DNA from: Chloroflexota bacterium
Lineage (GTDB): Bacteria > Chloroflexota > Dehalococcoidia > UBA2979
Assembly (NCBI GenBank): GCA_027622315.1
Contig: JAQBZW010000001.1
Span: forward strand, 433-64,432
Length of the DNA: 64,000 nt
Reading direction: 5' to 3'
Shown: one piece after another, positions 41,890-50,976 of the stretch
Numbering within the stretch: the stretch's first letter is position 1
Layout: each line of letters begins with the position of its first letter
Translations under genes and position numbers: made by a program
The notes under the pieces: generated by a model
What the model was told of the DNA's origin: nothing
Seen by the model: only the letters and a program-made list of their open reading frames with translations
Database searches by the model: none

Positions 41890-42750
41890 TCAGGAGCTGG
41901 AGCGGTTGCCCCGGCCCGGCACCGCGGCCGCGCCCTCGCCCTGGTAGAGCCCGGCACCGCCGACCTCGCGCCAGTGGGTGTGTGCGAGCGTGTGCATGAT
42001 GAAGACGGCCTGCATCGCCGTCCACTGGCCCTGCGCGTCCTGCGTCTGGTTGATCGCTTCCTTCGTGAGCTTGAGACCGAAGAGCGGCTTCTCGGCGATC
42101 CGCTTGGCCATGTCCTCGGTGAACGTGCGGAGCTCGTCGTTCGGGACGACGTGGTTCACCATGCCCAGCCGGAACGCATCCTGCGCGCTCACCCAGTCGC
42201 CCGTGTAGAGCATCTCGCGGGCCTTGCGGTGGCCAAGCTCCCACGGGTGCGCGAAGTACTCGACACCCGGGATGCCCCATGCCACCACGAGATCACGGAA
42301 GCGCGCGTCCTCGGCGGCGATGATGATGTCGCAGGCCCACATCAGCATCAGGCCGCCCGCGATCGCGGCCCCCTGCACCTCGGCGATGATTGGCTTCGGG
42401 ATGTTGCGCCAGCGGCGCGTCATCTGGAGGTAGATCTCCTCCTCGCGGCCCATCGGCCCCTCGGCGCCCTCGAGCTCGAAGTTCGACCACGTGCCGACGG
42501 TCTTGAAGTCTTCGATCTTCGCGCCCGTACCGCCGCGCATGTCATGGCCGGAGCTGAAGTGCGGGCCTTCGCCGGAGAGGATGATCACCTTCACGTTCGA
42601 GTCGGCGTTCGCGTGATCGAAGGCGTCGTTCACGTCGTAGAGGAGCTGGGCGTCCTGGGCGTTCCGCGCCTCGGGGCGGTTCAGCGCCACGCGGACGACC
42701 TCCGGCGTGACGTGGCTGTAGAGCACGGTCTTGAACTCTGGATCGGCCAT
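41890..42750 (-). CDS. enoyl-CoA hydratase/isomerase family protein (HFSSGHD subtype)
   Basis: MADPEFKTVLYSHVTPEVVRVALNRPEARNA...VIILSGEGPHFSSGHD... Paralog of the 21583-22425 gene (HFGGGHD). Confidence 0.75.
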   Translation of the reverse strand: MADPEFKTVLYSHVTPEVVRVALNRPEARNAQDAQLLYDVNDAFDHANADSNVKVIILSGEGPHFSSGHDMRGGTGAKIEDFKTVGTWSNFELEGAEGPMGREEEIYLQMTRRWRNIPKPIIAEVQGAAIAGGLMLMWACDIIIAAEDARFRDLVVAWGIPGVEYFAHPWELGHRKAREMLYTGDWVSAQDAFRLGMVNHVVPNDELRTFTEDMAKRIAEKPLFGLKLTKEAINQTQDAQGQWTAMQAVFIMHTLAHTHWREVGGAGLYQGEGAAAVPGRGNRSSS

Positions 42751-42858
42751 CGATCGTCCTTTCGCGACGTGGCAGGGCCACGAACCGGCAATGTCGGCCA
42801 CGCCTCTCACCGCGCCGCGCGACGGGTCGCGCGGGCGGGCCGGGCGGGGCCGCGTTGG

Positions 42859-43704
42859 ATGGTACCGTCGCGCGCGAACCCGCACCGCACAGCGCACGAG
42901 GAGCACGTCGCCGTGGCCGACTACACCACCCTCACCCTGACGCGCGACGAGGGCGTCGCGCGCATCACGCTCAATCGACCCGAAGCGCTGAATGCGCTCG
43001 ACGAAGCGATGGCGCGCGAACTCCTCGCGGCAGCGACCGCCTGCGACGACGACCGAGCGGTACGCGCGGTCGTGATCGCGGGCGCCGGCCGCGCGTTCTC
43101 GGTGGGCGGCGACCTGAAGAGCTTCGCCGCACAGGGCGAGGCGCTGCCGACGCATCTCAAGGACGTGACCACCTACGCACACGCCGCGGTCTCTCGACTC
43201 GCGCGCATGCGCGCACCCGTGCTCGCCTCCGTGCACGGCGCCGCCGCCGGCTTCGGCATGAGCCTCGTCGGTGCCTGCGACCTGGCGATCGCCGCCGACA
43301 ACGCGAAGTTCACGCTCGCGTACACCCGCATCGGCCTCACGCCCGACGGCTCCTCGAGCTACTCCCTGCCGCGCACGATCGGCATGAAGCGCGCGCTCGA
43401 GCTCGCGCTCACCAACCCCACGCTCGACGCGGCGCAGGCGCGCGACTGGGGCCTCGTGAACTGGGTCGTGCCTGCGGACGAACTCGAGGCCGAAGCGACG
43501 CGCATCGCGCGTGAACTCGCGGCCGGACCGACGAGTGCATTCGCCGGAGCAAAGGCGCTGATGCGTTCGGGCGGCTCGGAGAGCCTCGAGAGCCAGATGG
43601 AGCGCGAGACGCGCGCCATCTCCGAGATCGCCCGAGGCGCCGACGCCCGCGAGGGCATCGACGCGTTCCTCGCGAAGCGAGCGGCCAGCTTCGGCGGAGA
43701 GTGA
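42859..43704 (+). CDS. enoyl-CoA hydratase/isomerase family protein
   Basis: ...VADYTTLTLTRDEGVARITLNRPEALNAL...VVIAGAGRAFSVGGDLK... Start is ATG 42859 or GTG 42913 (the latter after GAGGAG). Confidence 0.75.
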   Translation: MVPSRANPHRTAHEEHVAVADYTTLTLTRDEGVARITLNRPEALNALDEAMARELLAAATACDDDRAVRAVVIAGAGRAFSVGGDLKSFAAQGEALPTHLKDVTTYAHAAVSRLARMRAPVLASVHGAAAGFGMSLVGACDLAIAADNAKFTLAYTRIGLTPDGSSSYSLPRTIGMKRALELALTNPTLDAAQARDWGLVNWVVPADELEAEATRIARELAAGPTSAFAGAKALMRSGGSESLESQMERETRAISEIARGADAREGIDAFLAKRAASFGGE

Positions 43705-43741
43705 GGGCCGCGCGCGGCCGGACCACCGCGGGAGTCAGCCT

Positions 43742-44188
43742 ATGGCCACGCTGCGACCGGCGAGAGCGGACGATTTCCAACTGCTCTACGAGATCAATCG
43801 CGAAGCGCTGCAGGGATTCGTGACAGCGACGTGGGGGGCCTGGGACGAGGCCTTCCAGCAACGCTGGTGCCGCGACCACTTCCTCCCGGGTCGAGCCCAG
43901 GCCATCCTCTCCGACGACGGCGCCGTGGTTGGCTACTTCGATGCGGAGCGCCAGCCGAGTTGCTGGTTCCTCCACAACATCGTGCTCGCGCCAGCGTGGC
44001 ATCGACATGGGATCGGTGCCTCGCTCATTCGCGATCTGCTAGCTCGCGCCAGCGAGGAAGGCGTCCCGGTCGAGCTCCGCGTGCTTCGAGTGAATCCGGC
44101 TCGCGGGCTCTACGAGCGCCTGGGGTTCGAGGTGACCGGGCAGACCGGAACGCACGACCTCATGCGCTGGGTGCCCCTCGCAGCGTGA
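43742..44188 (+). CDS. GNAT family N-acetyltransferase
   Basis: ...HNIVLAPAWHRHGIGASLIRDLLARA... is the acetyl-CoA-binding motif. GGGAG lies 7 nt before the ATG. Confidence 0.8.
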   Translation: MATLRPARADDFQLLYEINREALQGFVTATWGAWDEAFQQRWCRDHFLPGRAQAILSDDGAVVGYFDAERQPSCWFLHNIVLAPAWHRHGIGASLIRDLLARASEEGVPVELRVLRVNPARGLYERLGFEVTGQTGTHDLMRWVPLAA

Positions 44189-44271
44189 ATCCGAGCAGAG
44201 CTTCGGAGAACTGAGAGCCCTCGGCGGACAACCGCGGGTCGAGAGTGTTGCCCCGGTGGCAGGCGAGTTAG

Positions 44272-45939
44272 CTAGATCGCGACGTAGACCGGCTGCTCGC
44301 CGAACACCCGGCGCCACATGTTGCAGATCTCGCCGACGGTGCAATACGCGTGCGCGGCCTCGACGAGGTACGGCATCACGTTCTCGCCGTCTTTCGTCGC
44401 CCGCTCGAGCTCGCTCATCGCACGGGCGGCGCGGGCGGCGTCTCGGGTCTTCCGCGTGCGGCGCAGCCGCTCGAGGTGTCGCGCCTCCCCGTCGGGGTCC
44501 ATCTCGAGGATGGGGATGTCGAGCGCCTCGTCGAGCACGTAGTCGTTCACGCCCACGATCACGCGTTCGTGCTGCTCGATCTCACGCTGATAGACCTGCG
44601 CGGCGTCCGCGATCTCGGACATGAAGAAGCCCTGCTCAATCGCCGGCAGCACGCCGCCGAGATCCTCGATGCGGTCGAAGTACTGGAGGCAGATGCGCTC
44701 CATCTCGTCGGTCATCGACTCGACGAAGAACGAGCCGCCGAGCGGATCCACCGTGTTCACGACACCGGACTCGTGCTCGATCACCTGCTGCGTGCGCATC
44801 GCCAGGCGCACGGCCTTCTCACTCGGTAGCGCGAGCGCCTCGTCCCACGAGTTCGTGTGCAGCGACTGCGTGCCGCCGAGCACACCGGCGAGCGCCTGGA
44901 TCGTCGTGCGGATCAGGTTGACCTCGGGCTGCTGGCTCGTCAGCGAGACGCCGGCGGTCTGCGTGTGGAAGCGCATCAGCCACGAGCGCGGGTTCTTCGC
45001 GCCGAAACGCTCGCGCATCTGGCGCGCCCAGATGCGCCGCGCCGCGCGGAACTTGCCGATCTCCTCGAAGAAGTCGTTGTGGCAGTTGAAGAAGAACGAC
45101 AGGCGTGGCGCGAACTCGTCGATGTCGAGGCCGCGTTCCAGCCCCCACTTCACGTACTCAATGCCGTTGGCGAGGGTGAACGCGAGCTCCTGCGCCGCCG
45201 TCGAGCCGGCCTCCCGGATGTGGTAGCCGGAGATCGAGATGCTGTTCCATTCCGGCATCTCGCGCGACGCGTACTCAATCGTGTCCACCACGAGGCGCAT
45301 GCTCTCCTCGGGCGGATAGATGTACTCGTTCTGGGCGATGTACTCCTTGAGGATGTCGTTCTGAAGCGTGCCACGCAGCGTGCTGCGGTCGACACCCTGC
45401 TTCTCCGCCGCAGCGATGAACATCGCCCAGATCACCGCCGCCGGTGAGTTGATCGTCATCGACGTCGAGATCTTGTCGAGCGGGATCTGGTCGAACAGGA
45501 TCTCCATGTCGGCGAGCGAGTCGATGGCCACGCCGCAGCGGCCGAACTCGCCGAAGGCCTCCGGCTCGTCGTGGTCGTAGCCCATGAGCGTGGGCATGTC
45601 GAAGGCGACCGACAGTCCGTCGTCGCCGTGCTCGATCAGGTAGCGATAGCGTGCGTTCGTCTCCTCGGCGGAGCCGAAACCGGCGAACATGCGGATCGTC
45701 CATGGCTTCGCCCGGTAGCCGGTGCGATGGACGCCGCGGGTGAAGGGGTAGGCGCCGGGCAGGGCAAGGTCGCGCTCGTAGTCGAGCTTCGCGACGTTCG
45801 TCGCGTCGTACACGCGATCGATTGGCATGCTCGATGTCGTGATGAACGGACCAGGCTGTTCGCGGCCTTCCGCGGCCACCTCGGCCTCGTAGCGCTCGCG
45901 CGCCTCGCGGGCGGCTTTCGCCGTCTTCTCGTCGAACAT
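44272..45939 (-). CDS. second coenzyme-B12 acyl-CoA mutase large subunit, isobutyryl-CoA-mutase-like (Gln replaces the substrate-carboxylate Arg)
   Basis: 555 aa. [33 protein letters not shown]...[21 protein letters not shown]...[11 protein letters not shown]. The other copy has [10 protein letters not shown] at this position. GAAGGAG SD is present. Confidence 0.85.
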   Translation of the reverse strand: MFDEKTAKAAREARERYEAEVAAEGREQPGPFITTSSMPIDRVYDATNVAKLDYERDLALPGAYPFTRGVHRTGYRAKPWTIRMFAGFGSAEETNARYRYLIEHGDDGLSVAFDMPTLMGYDHDEPEAFGEFGRCGVAIDSLADMEILFDQIPLDKISTSMTINSPAAVIWAMFIAAAEKQGVDRSTLRGTLQNDILKEYIAQNEYIYPPEESMRLVVDTIEYASREMPEWNSISISGYHIREAGSTAAQELAFTLANGIEYVKWGLERGLDIDEFAPRLSFFFNCHNDFFEEIGKFRAARRIWARQMRERFGAKNPRSWLMRFHTQTAGVSLTSQQPEVNLIRTTIQALAGVLGGTQSLHTNSWDEALALPSEKAVRLAMRTQQVIEHESGVVNTVDPLGGSFFVESMTDEMERICLQYFDRIEDLGGVLPAIEQGFFMSEIADAAQVYQREIEQHERVIVGVNDYVLDEALDIPILEMDPDGEARHLERLRRTRKTRDAARAARAMSELERATKDGENVMPYLVEAAHAYCTVGEICNMWRRVFGEQPVYVAI

Positions 45940-45974
45940 GAAGCACTCCTTCTCCGAGCAGCCCCATCGTATGC

Positions 45975-46065
45975 GGGTGTTGTAGGGGCTTGTAGGGGCA
46001 GGCTGACCAGCCTGCCGAGCACCGCCGATGTTCGCCGGGCAGGCTGGTCAGCCTGCCCTACGAAC
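45975..46065. repeat. about 26-bp inverted repeats (GTAGGGGCAGGCTGACCAGCCTGCC ... GGGCAGGCTGGTCAGCCTGCCCTAC), each also a self-hairpin, preceded by a TGTAGGGGC x2 direct repeat
   Basis: Read from the sequence. It spans the SDR stop codon and the leader of the mutase-2 gene. Confidence 0.5.
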
Positions 46066-46849
46066 GCAGTCGGGCCTTCGTCGCCGCGTCCGCGAGCCGC
46101 TCGACGGCCTGCTCGTCGTTGAACGCCTCGCCGGTGCACGTGTCCGGCGTCTGTAGCGCCAGCAACACGGCGGCTTCGACGTAGCTCGCCGCCGTGGGCA
46201 GGCCGGCGCGCACGTCCGGCGCGAGATCGCCGCCGTGGCCAAAGCGCATGCCCGGCGTCTCGATCGCCGCCACGGGCTTCAGTGCGTTCACCGCGATCCC
46301 GTGGGCGCGCACTTCGCGCGCGAGCTGGCGCGTGAAGTCCTCGACCGCGCGCTTCGTGATCCCGTACGACCCCGAGTCCTCCCGGTCGGCCGCCACCGAC
46401 GAGATGTTGATGATGCTCCCGCTGCGCTGCTCGACCATGGTCGGAAGCACGGCGCGGGTGCAGAAGAACGGGCCGTTCACGTTCACGCGGAACTGGAGCT
46501 CCCAGTGACGCGACTGGAGATCAGACAGCGCGCCGGGCACGAGCACGCCCGCGTTGTTCATGAGGATGTCGATCCGCCCGTATTTCGCGAGCACGGTCTC
46601 AACCATCTGCTCGACCGACGCGCGGTCGGCGACGTTGCAGACGACGGGGAAGCCCTCGCCGCCGACCTCGTCGACCTTGATCGCCGCCGAATAGATCGTG
46701 CCCTCGAGGATCGGGTTGCTGACCTGCTCGGTGCGCGCGGCGATCACTACGGTCGCTCCCTCGCGCCCGTATTCGATGGCGCAGTACTCGCCGAGTCCGC
46801 GGCTCGCGCCGGTGATGATCGCAACCTTGCCCGCCAGCCTGCCCGCCAT
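46058..46849 (-). CDS. SDR-family oxidoreductase
   Basis: MAGRLAGKVAIITGASRGLGEYCA... (TGxxxGxG) and ...NNAG... with a YxxxK-type region. AAGGAGGA lies before ATG 46849. The upstream 28 codons of the track ORF are discarded. Confidence 0.8.
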   Translation of the reverse strand: MAGRLAGKVAIITGASRGLGEYCAIEYGREGATVVIAARTEQVSNPILEGTIYSAAIKVDEVGGEGFPVVCNVADRASVEQMVETVLAKYGRIDILMNNAGVLVPGALSDLQSRHWELQFRVNVNGPFFCTRAVLPTMVEQRSGSIINISSVAADREDSGSYGITKRAVEDFTRQLAREVRAHGIAVNALKPVAAIETPGMRFGHGGDLAPDVRAGLPTAASYVEAAVLLALQTPDTCTGEAFNDEQAVERLADAATKARLRS

Positions 46850-46989
46850 GCCGTCCTCCTTCGTCCCCGCGGGCGACGATAGCGCCCGCTTCCGGCGAGC
46901 GGAGCGCGCGAAGCCGCCGCTCGCCAGAGACACGAAGGCGGCCGCCCTCCGGGGCGGCCGCCTTTACGATCGTCGACCCGGGGGCTGCG

Positions 46990-48171
46990 CTAGTTCAGGT
47001 TCTCGAAGATCGCCGAGATGCCCTGGCCCCCGCCGATGCAGAGCGAGACGAGCCCGTACTTGCCGCCTGTGCGGGCGAGCTCGTGCATGAGCTTGACGGT
47101 CAGGATCGCACCGGTCGCGCCGACGGGGTGGCCGAGCGCCACCGCGCCGCCGTTCGGGTTCGTGCGCTCGGGGTCGAGGTCCAGCTCACGCGTGCACGCC
47201 AGGGCGACCGACGCGAAGGCCTCGTTCAGCTCGATGCTGTCGAGCTCGTCGCGCTTGATCCCCGTGCGCTCGAACACCTTCTTCGTCGCGGGGATCGGAC
47301 CGCTGCCCATGATCGCCGGGTCGACGCCCGCTACCGCACTGCCGACAAACCGCAGCCGCGGCTTCAGGTTCAGCTCGGCCGCCCGTTTCGCCGTCATCAT
47401 GACGAGGGCGGCTGCGCCGTCATTGATGCCCGACGCGTTGCCGGCCGTGACCCTGCCGCCCTCCTGGAAGGCGGGCCGCAGGCTGCCCATGCGCTCGATG
47501 CTGGAGTCGGCTCGTGGGTGCTCATCGGTGTCGGCGATCTTCGTCTCGCGTCCCACCTTCACCTCGAGCGGGAGAATCTCCTCCTTGAAGCGTCCCTCGG
47601 TCGTCGCCGCGACCGCGCGGCGGTGGCTCTCGACCGAGAAGATGTCCATGTCCTCGCGCGAGATGTTGTACTTCTGAGCGAGGTTCTCCGCCGTGACGCC
47701 CATGTGGTAGTTGTTGAACGGATCCGAGAGCAGGATCGGGATGCCGTCCTCGAGCACGCCGTTGCCCATGCGCAGGCCGAAGCGTGCGCTGCGGTCGTAG
47801 TACGGCAGCATCGTCATGTTCTCGGTGCCGCCGGCGATCACGATCTCCGCCTCGCCCGTCTGCAGCCAGCGAGCGGCCGTGGTGATCGCCTCGAGCCCGG
47901 ACCCGCAGAGGCGGTTGACCGTGTAGGCGGGCGTCTCGATCGAGAGCCCGGCGTCGATCGCGGCATGGCGTGCGATGTAGGCGTCCTCGGCCACCTGGCC
48001 GACGCAGCCCATCACGACCTGCTCAACCTGCCCCGGCTCAATGCCCGCGCGCTTCACGGCCTCACGAATGACCGCGGCGCCGAGGTCCGAGGCCGGTGTC
48101 TCGATGAAAGAGCCGCCGAAGCGACCAATCGCCGTCCGCACCCCACTGACGATGACGATGTCTTCGCTCAT
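46990..48171 (-). CDS. acetyl-CoA C-acetyltransferase (thiolase II)
   Basis: MSEDIVIVSGVRTAIGRFGG...NRLCGSGLEAI...NGGAVALGHPVGATGA...CIGGGQG are thiolase signatures. Confidence 0.9.
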   Translation of the reverse strand: MSEDIVIVSGVRTAIGRFGGSFIETPASDLGAAVIREAVKRAGIEPGQVEQVVMGCVGQVAEDAYIARHAAIDAGLSIETPAYTVNRLCGSGLEAITTAARWLQTGEAEIVIAGGTENMTMLPYYDRSARFGLRMGNGVLEDGIPILLSDPFNNYHMGVTAENLAQKYNISREDMDIFSVESHRRAVAATTEGRFKEEILPLEVKVGRETKIADTDEHPRADSSIERMGSLRPAFQEGGRVTAGNASGINDGAAALVMMTAKRAAELNLKPRLRFVGSAVAGVDPAIMGSGPIPATKKVFERTGIKRDELDSIELNEAFASVALACTRELDLDPERTNPNGGAVALGHPVGATGAILTVKLMHELARTGGKYGLVSLCIGGGQGISAIFENLN

Positions 48172-48407
48172 GATCGGGTCGCTCCCTGCTTCTCGAATCC
48201 CACTGGTGCTCACGCCAGGGCGGCGCGCCCACCGTCTGTGCTCGTGCCGTGTCCCATGGGGCCGCGCGTGCGCGGTCGCGCACATCCTAGCGACGGCGCG
48301 CGAGCCGAGACAACGGACCGACCATGCGATGTACTTTCCCGCTCCGCGTACCTCCCCGCTCGGCGTCACCCCACTGCGCGGAGCTCTGCCCCGCTGCTTC
48401 CGCAGCG

Positions 48408-48438
48408 ACCCCTTTCCCCCTTCGGGGCGAGGGGTGAC
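48408..48438. repeat. imperfect hairpin with UUCG tetraloop sharing the GGGGCGAGGGG motif with the 40938-41070 element
   Basis: gacccctttccccc-ttcg-gggcgaggggtgac, in the divergent region between the thiolase and typA genes. Confidence 0.4.
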
Positions 48439-48611
48439 GGCGCTCACGCGCCGTGAGGAACGCTCCCCCGAAACCAAGGTGGGGAGTGACCAGAGGCGGC
48501 TAGCTCGCGCGGGTGCGACACTGAATGCTCAACACCACACCCGTCCTTGCCGACGCCCGATCACGCCCGCCGATGCGCGTGTGATCACGTGCCCGGCCCA
48601 TCGGAGACCCC

Positions 48612-50438
48612 ATGCCCATTCGAGACGACATCCGCAACGTCGCGATCATCGCGCACGTCGACCACGGCAAGACCACGCTGGTGGACGGGCTGCTGCGTCA
48701 GTCCGGCTCCTTCACAGCACACGAGGCACTCACCGACCGGGTCATGGACTCAGGCGACCTCGAACGCGAGAAGGGGATCACGATCCTCGCGAAGAACACC
48801 GCGATCCGGTACCGCGATGTGAAGATCAACATCATCGACACACCGGGCCACGCGGACTTCGGCGGCGAAGTGGAACGCGGGCTCACGATGGCAGATGGCG
48901 CCCTGCTACTCGTCGACGCGAGCGAGGGGCCTCTGCCGCAGACCCGCTTCGTGCTGCGCAAGGCGCTCGAGCGACGGATGTCGATCATCCTGATCATCAA
49001 CAAGGTCGATCGGCCGGACGCGCGCATCAAGGAAGTCGTGGACGAGGTTTACGAGCTGTTCCTCGACCTCGACGCCGACGCGCAGCAGATCGAGTTTCCG
49101 ATCGTGTACTGCAACGCGCGCGCGGGCGTCGCATCACTCGACGCGGACACGCCGGGCACGGACCTCGCTCCGCTGTTCGACCTCCTGCTCGCCCGCATTC
49201 CCGCGCCGGTCTACCGCGAGGGGCACCCGCTCCAGGCGCTCGTGACCAACCTCGACGCCTCGCCGTACCTGGGCCGGCTCGCGATCTGCCGCGTACTCGA
49301 GGGCGAGATTCAGCGCGGCCAGATGATCGCGCACTGCCGTGAGGACGGCACGATCGACAGGGTGCGCGTCGCCGAGCTGTTCGTGACCGAGGCGCTCGAT
49401 CGCGTGGACGCCGCCTCGGCCGGCCCCGGCGAGATCATCGCCGTCGCCGGCATGCAGGACGTGACGATCGGCGAAACGCTGTCCGACGCCGACGATCCGC
49501 GACCGCTGCCGGTGATCCGCGTCGATGAGCCGAGCCTCTCGATGACGATCGGCATCAACACATCGCCGCTGGTCGGCCGCGAGGGCGACAAGCTCACTTC
49601 CCGCCTGCTGAAGACTCGGCTCGACGCCGAGATCCTCGGCAACGTCTCGATTCGCGTTTCACCGGCGGACCGGCCGGACACCTGGACCGTGCAGGGGCGG
49701 GGCGAGCTCCAGCTCGCGGTGCTCGTGGAGACCATGCGCCGCGAGGGCTACGAACTCACCGTCGGCAAGCCCGAGGTCGTGACGCGGGAGATCGACGGCA
49801 AGCTGTGTGAGCCGATGGAGCAGCTCTTCGTCGACATCCCGGAGGAGTACCTGGGAGTGGTTACGCAGCTGCTCGCGCTGCGCAAGGGTCGCATGCAGCA
49901 GATGGTGAACCATGGCACGGGACGCGTTCGGATGGAGTTCATCGTCCCGGCGCGCGCACTGATCGGCTTCCACACGGAATTCCTCACGGAGACGCGCGGA
50001 TCCGGGATGCTCAACCACCTCTTCCACGGCTACGAGCCGTGGCACGGCGAGCTGCGCACGCGCCCGACCGGGAGCCTCGTCGCCGACCGCCGCGGCGCGA
50101 CCACGACGTACGCGCTGCTGAACCTCCAGGAGCGCGGCGTGCTGTTCATCCCGCCCGGCACCGACGTGTACGAGGGCATGATCATCGGCGAGAACGCCCG
50201 CACCGAGGACATGGACGTCAACCCGACGCGCGAGAAGAACCTCACGAACATGCGCAGCTCGAGCTCCGATCGCACGGAGCGGCTCTACCCGCACACCCCG
50301 CTCTCGCTCGAGCAGTCGCTCGAGTTCCTGCGAGAAGACGAGTGCCTGGAGGTCACGCCCGGCGCCGTGCGCCTGCGCAAGGTCGTGCTCGACCAGAACG
50401 ATCGGTCGCGCCGGTCCAAGGGGCGTCCCGGCGGCTAG
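48612..50438 (+). CDS. typA: translational GTPase TypA/BipA
   Basis: [22 protein letters not shown] is the G1 motif. The domains are EF-G-like. GGAGA lies 5 nt before the ATG. Confidence 0.9.
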   Translation: MPIRDDIRNVAIIAHVDHGKTTLVDGLLRQSGSFTAHEALTDRVMDSGDLEREKGITILAKNTAIRYRDVKINIIDTPGHADFGGEVERGLTMADGALLLVDASEGPLPQTRFVLRKALERRMSIILIINKVDRPDARIKEVVDEVYELFLDLDADAQQIEFPIVYCNARAGVASLDADTPGTDLAPLFDLLLARIPAPVYREGHPLQALVTNLDASPYLGRLAICRVLEGEIQRGQMIAHCREDGTIDRVRVAELFVTEALDRVDAASAGPGEIIAVAGMQDVTIGETLSDADDPRPLPVIRVDEPSLSMTIGINTSPLVGREGDKLTSRLLKTRLDAEILGNVSIRVSPADRPDTWTVQGRGELQLAVLVETMRREGYELTVGKPEVVTREIDGKLCEPMEQLFVDIPEEYLGVVTQLLALRKGRMQQMVNHGTGRVRMEFIVPARALIGFHTEFLTETRGSGMLNHLFHGYEPWHGELRTRPTGSLVADRRGATTTYALLNLQERGVLFIPPGTDVYEGMIIGENARTEDMDVNPTREKNLTNMRSSSSDRTERLYPHTPLSLEQSLEFLREDECLEVTPGAVRLRKVVLDQNDRSRRSKGRPGG

Positions 50439-50515
50439 CCCCGCGGGGAGAGTCCTTCCGGGACACGCAGAGAGCCGCCCTGTTGGGCGGCTCTCGATTT
50501 CCGGTGTGCCGAACG

Positions 50516-50752
50516 CTAGTGGGGCAGATCCCGCGCGAGCCGCTCAGCCTCGGTGCGCCGCAGCTCGCGCGCCTCTACCGGTGTGAACGTGCTCGCGCAC
50601 GAGTCGCACTTGTAGCTCGACGCGCGGTCCTCATGCCCCATGTCTTCCGCGCTGTCCCAGCGCGGGACCAGCGTCACGTGCGGACACTGCACAGCGATCG
50701 GTGGCGCCGCTTTCGCAGCTTTTCGTCCCATGATCTTGCTCAACCAGCTCAT
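50516..50752 (-). CDS. small zinc-ribbon-like protein (CPH...CDSC), hypothetical
   Basis: 78 aa with high third-position GC. GGAGGA lies 3-4 nt before the ATG. ...VQCPHVTLVPRW...YKCDSCASTF... Confidence 0.5.
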   Translation of the reverse strand: MSWLSKIMGRKAAKAAPPIAVQCPHVTLVPRWDSAEDMGHEDRASSYKCDSCASTFTPVEARELRRTEAERLARDLPH

Positions 50753-50976
50753 GCAGTCCTCCAGATGCCGCTACCGCGACATCGCGCCCAGGGGACACAC
50801 CACCGCGTGGGTGACCCGGCCCGGGCGTCGCGCGCAGCGCGGCTGACCCGCTCACACATGCTGGGTCGCAGAATGCGCACAGCCGTGGGAGCGGGTAGGA
50901 GCATACGTAATCTGCGCGAAACTGGCGTATCTCGATCAGCGGTATTGAGATCTGCGACCGCGGCTGTGAACAGCGC

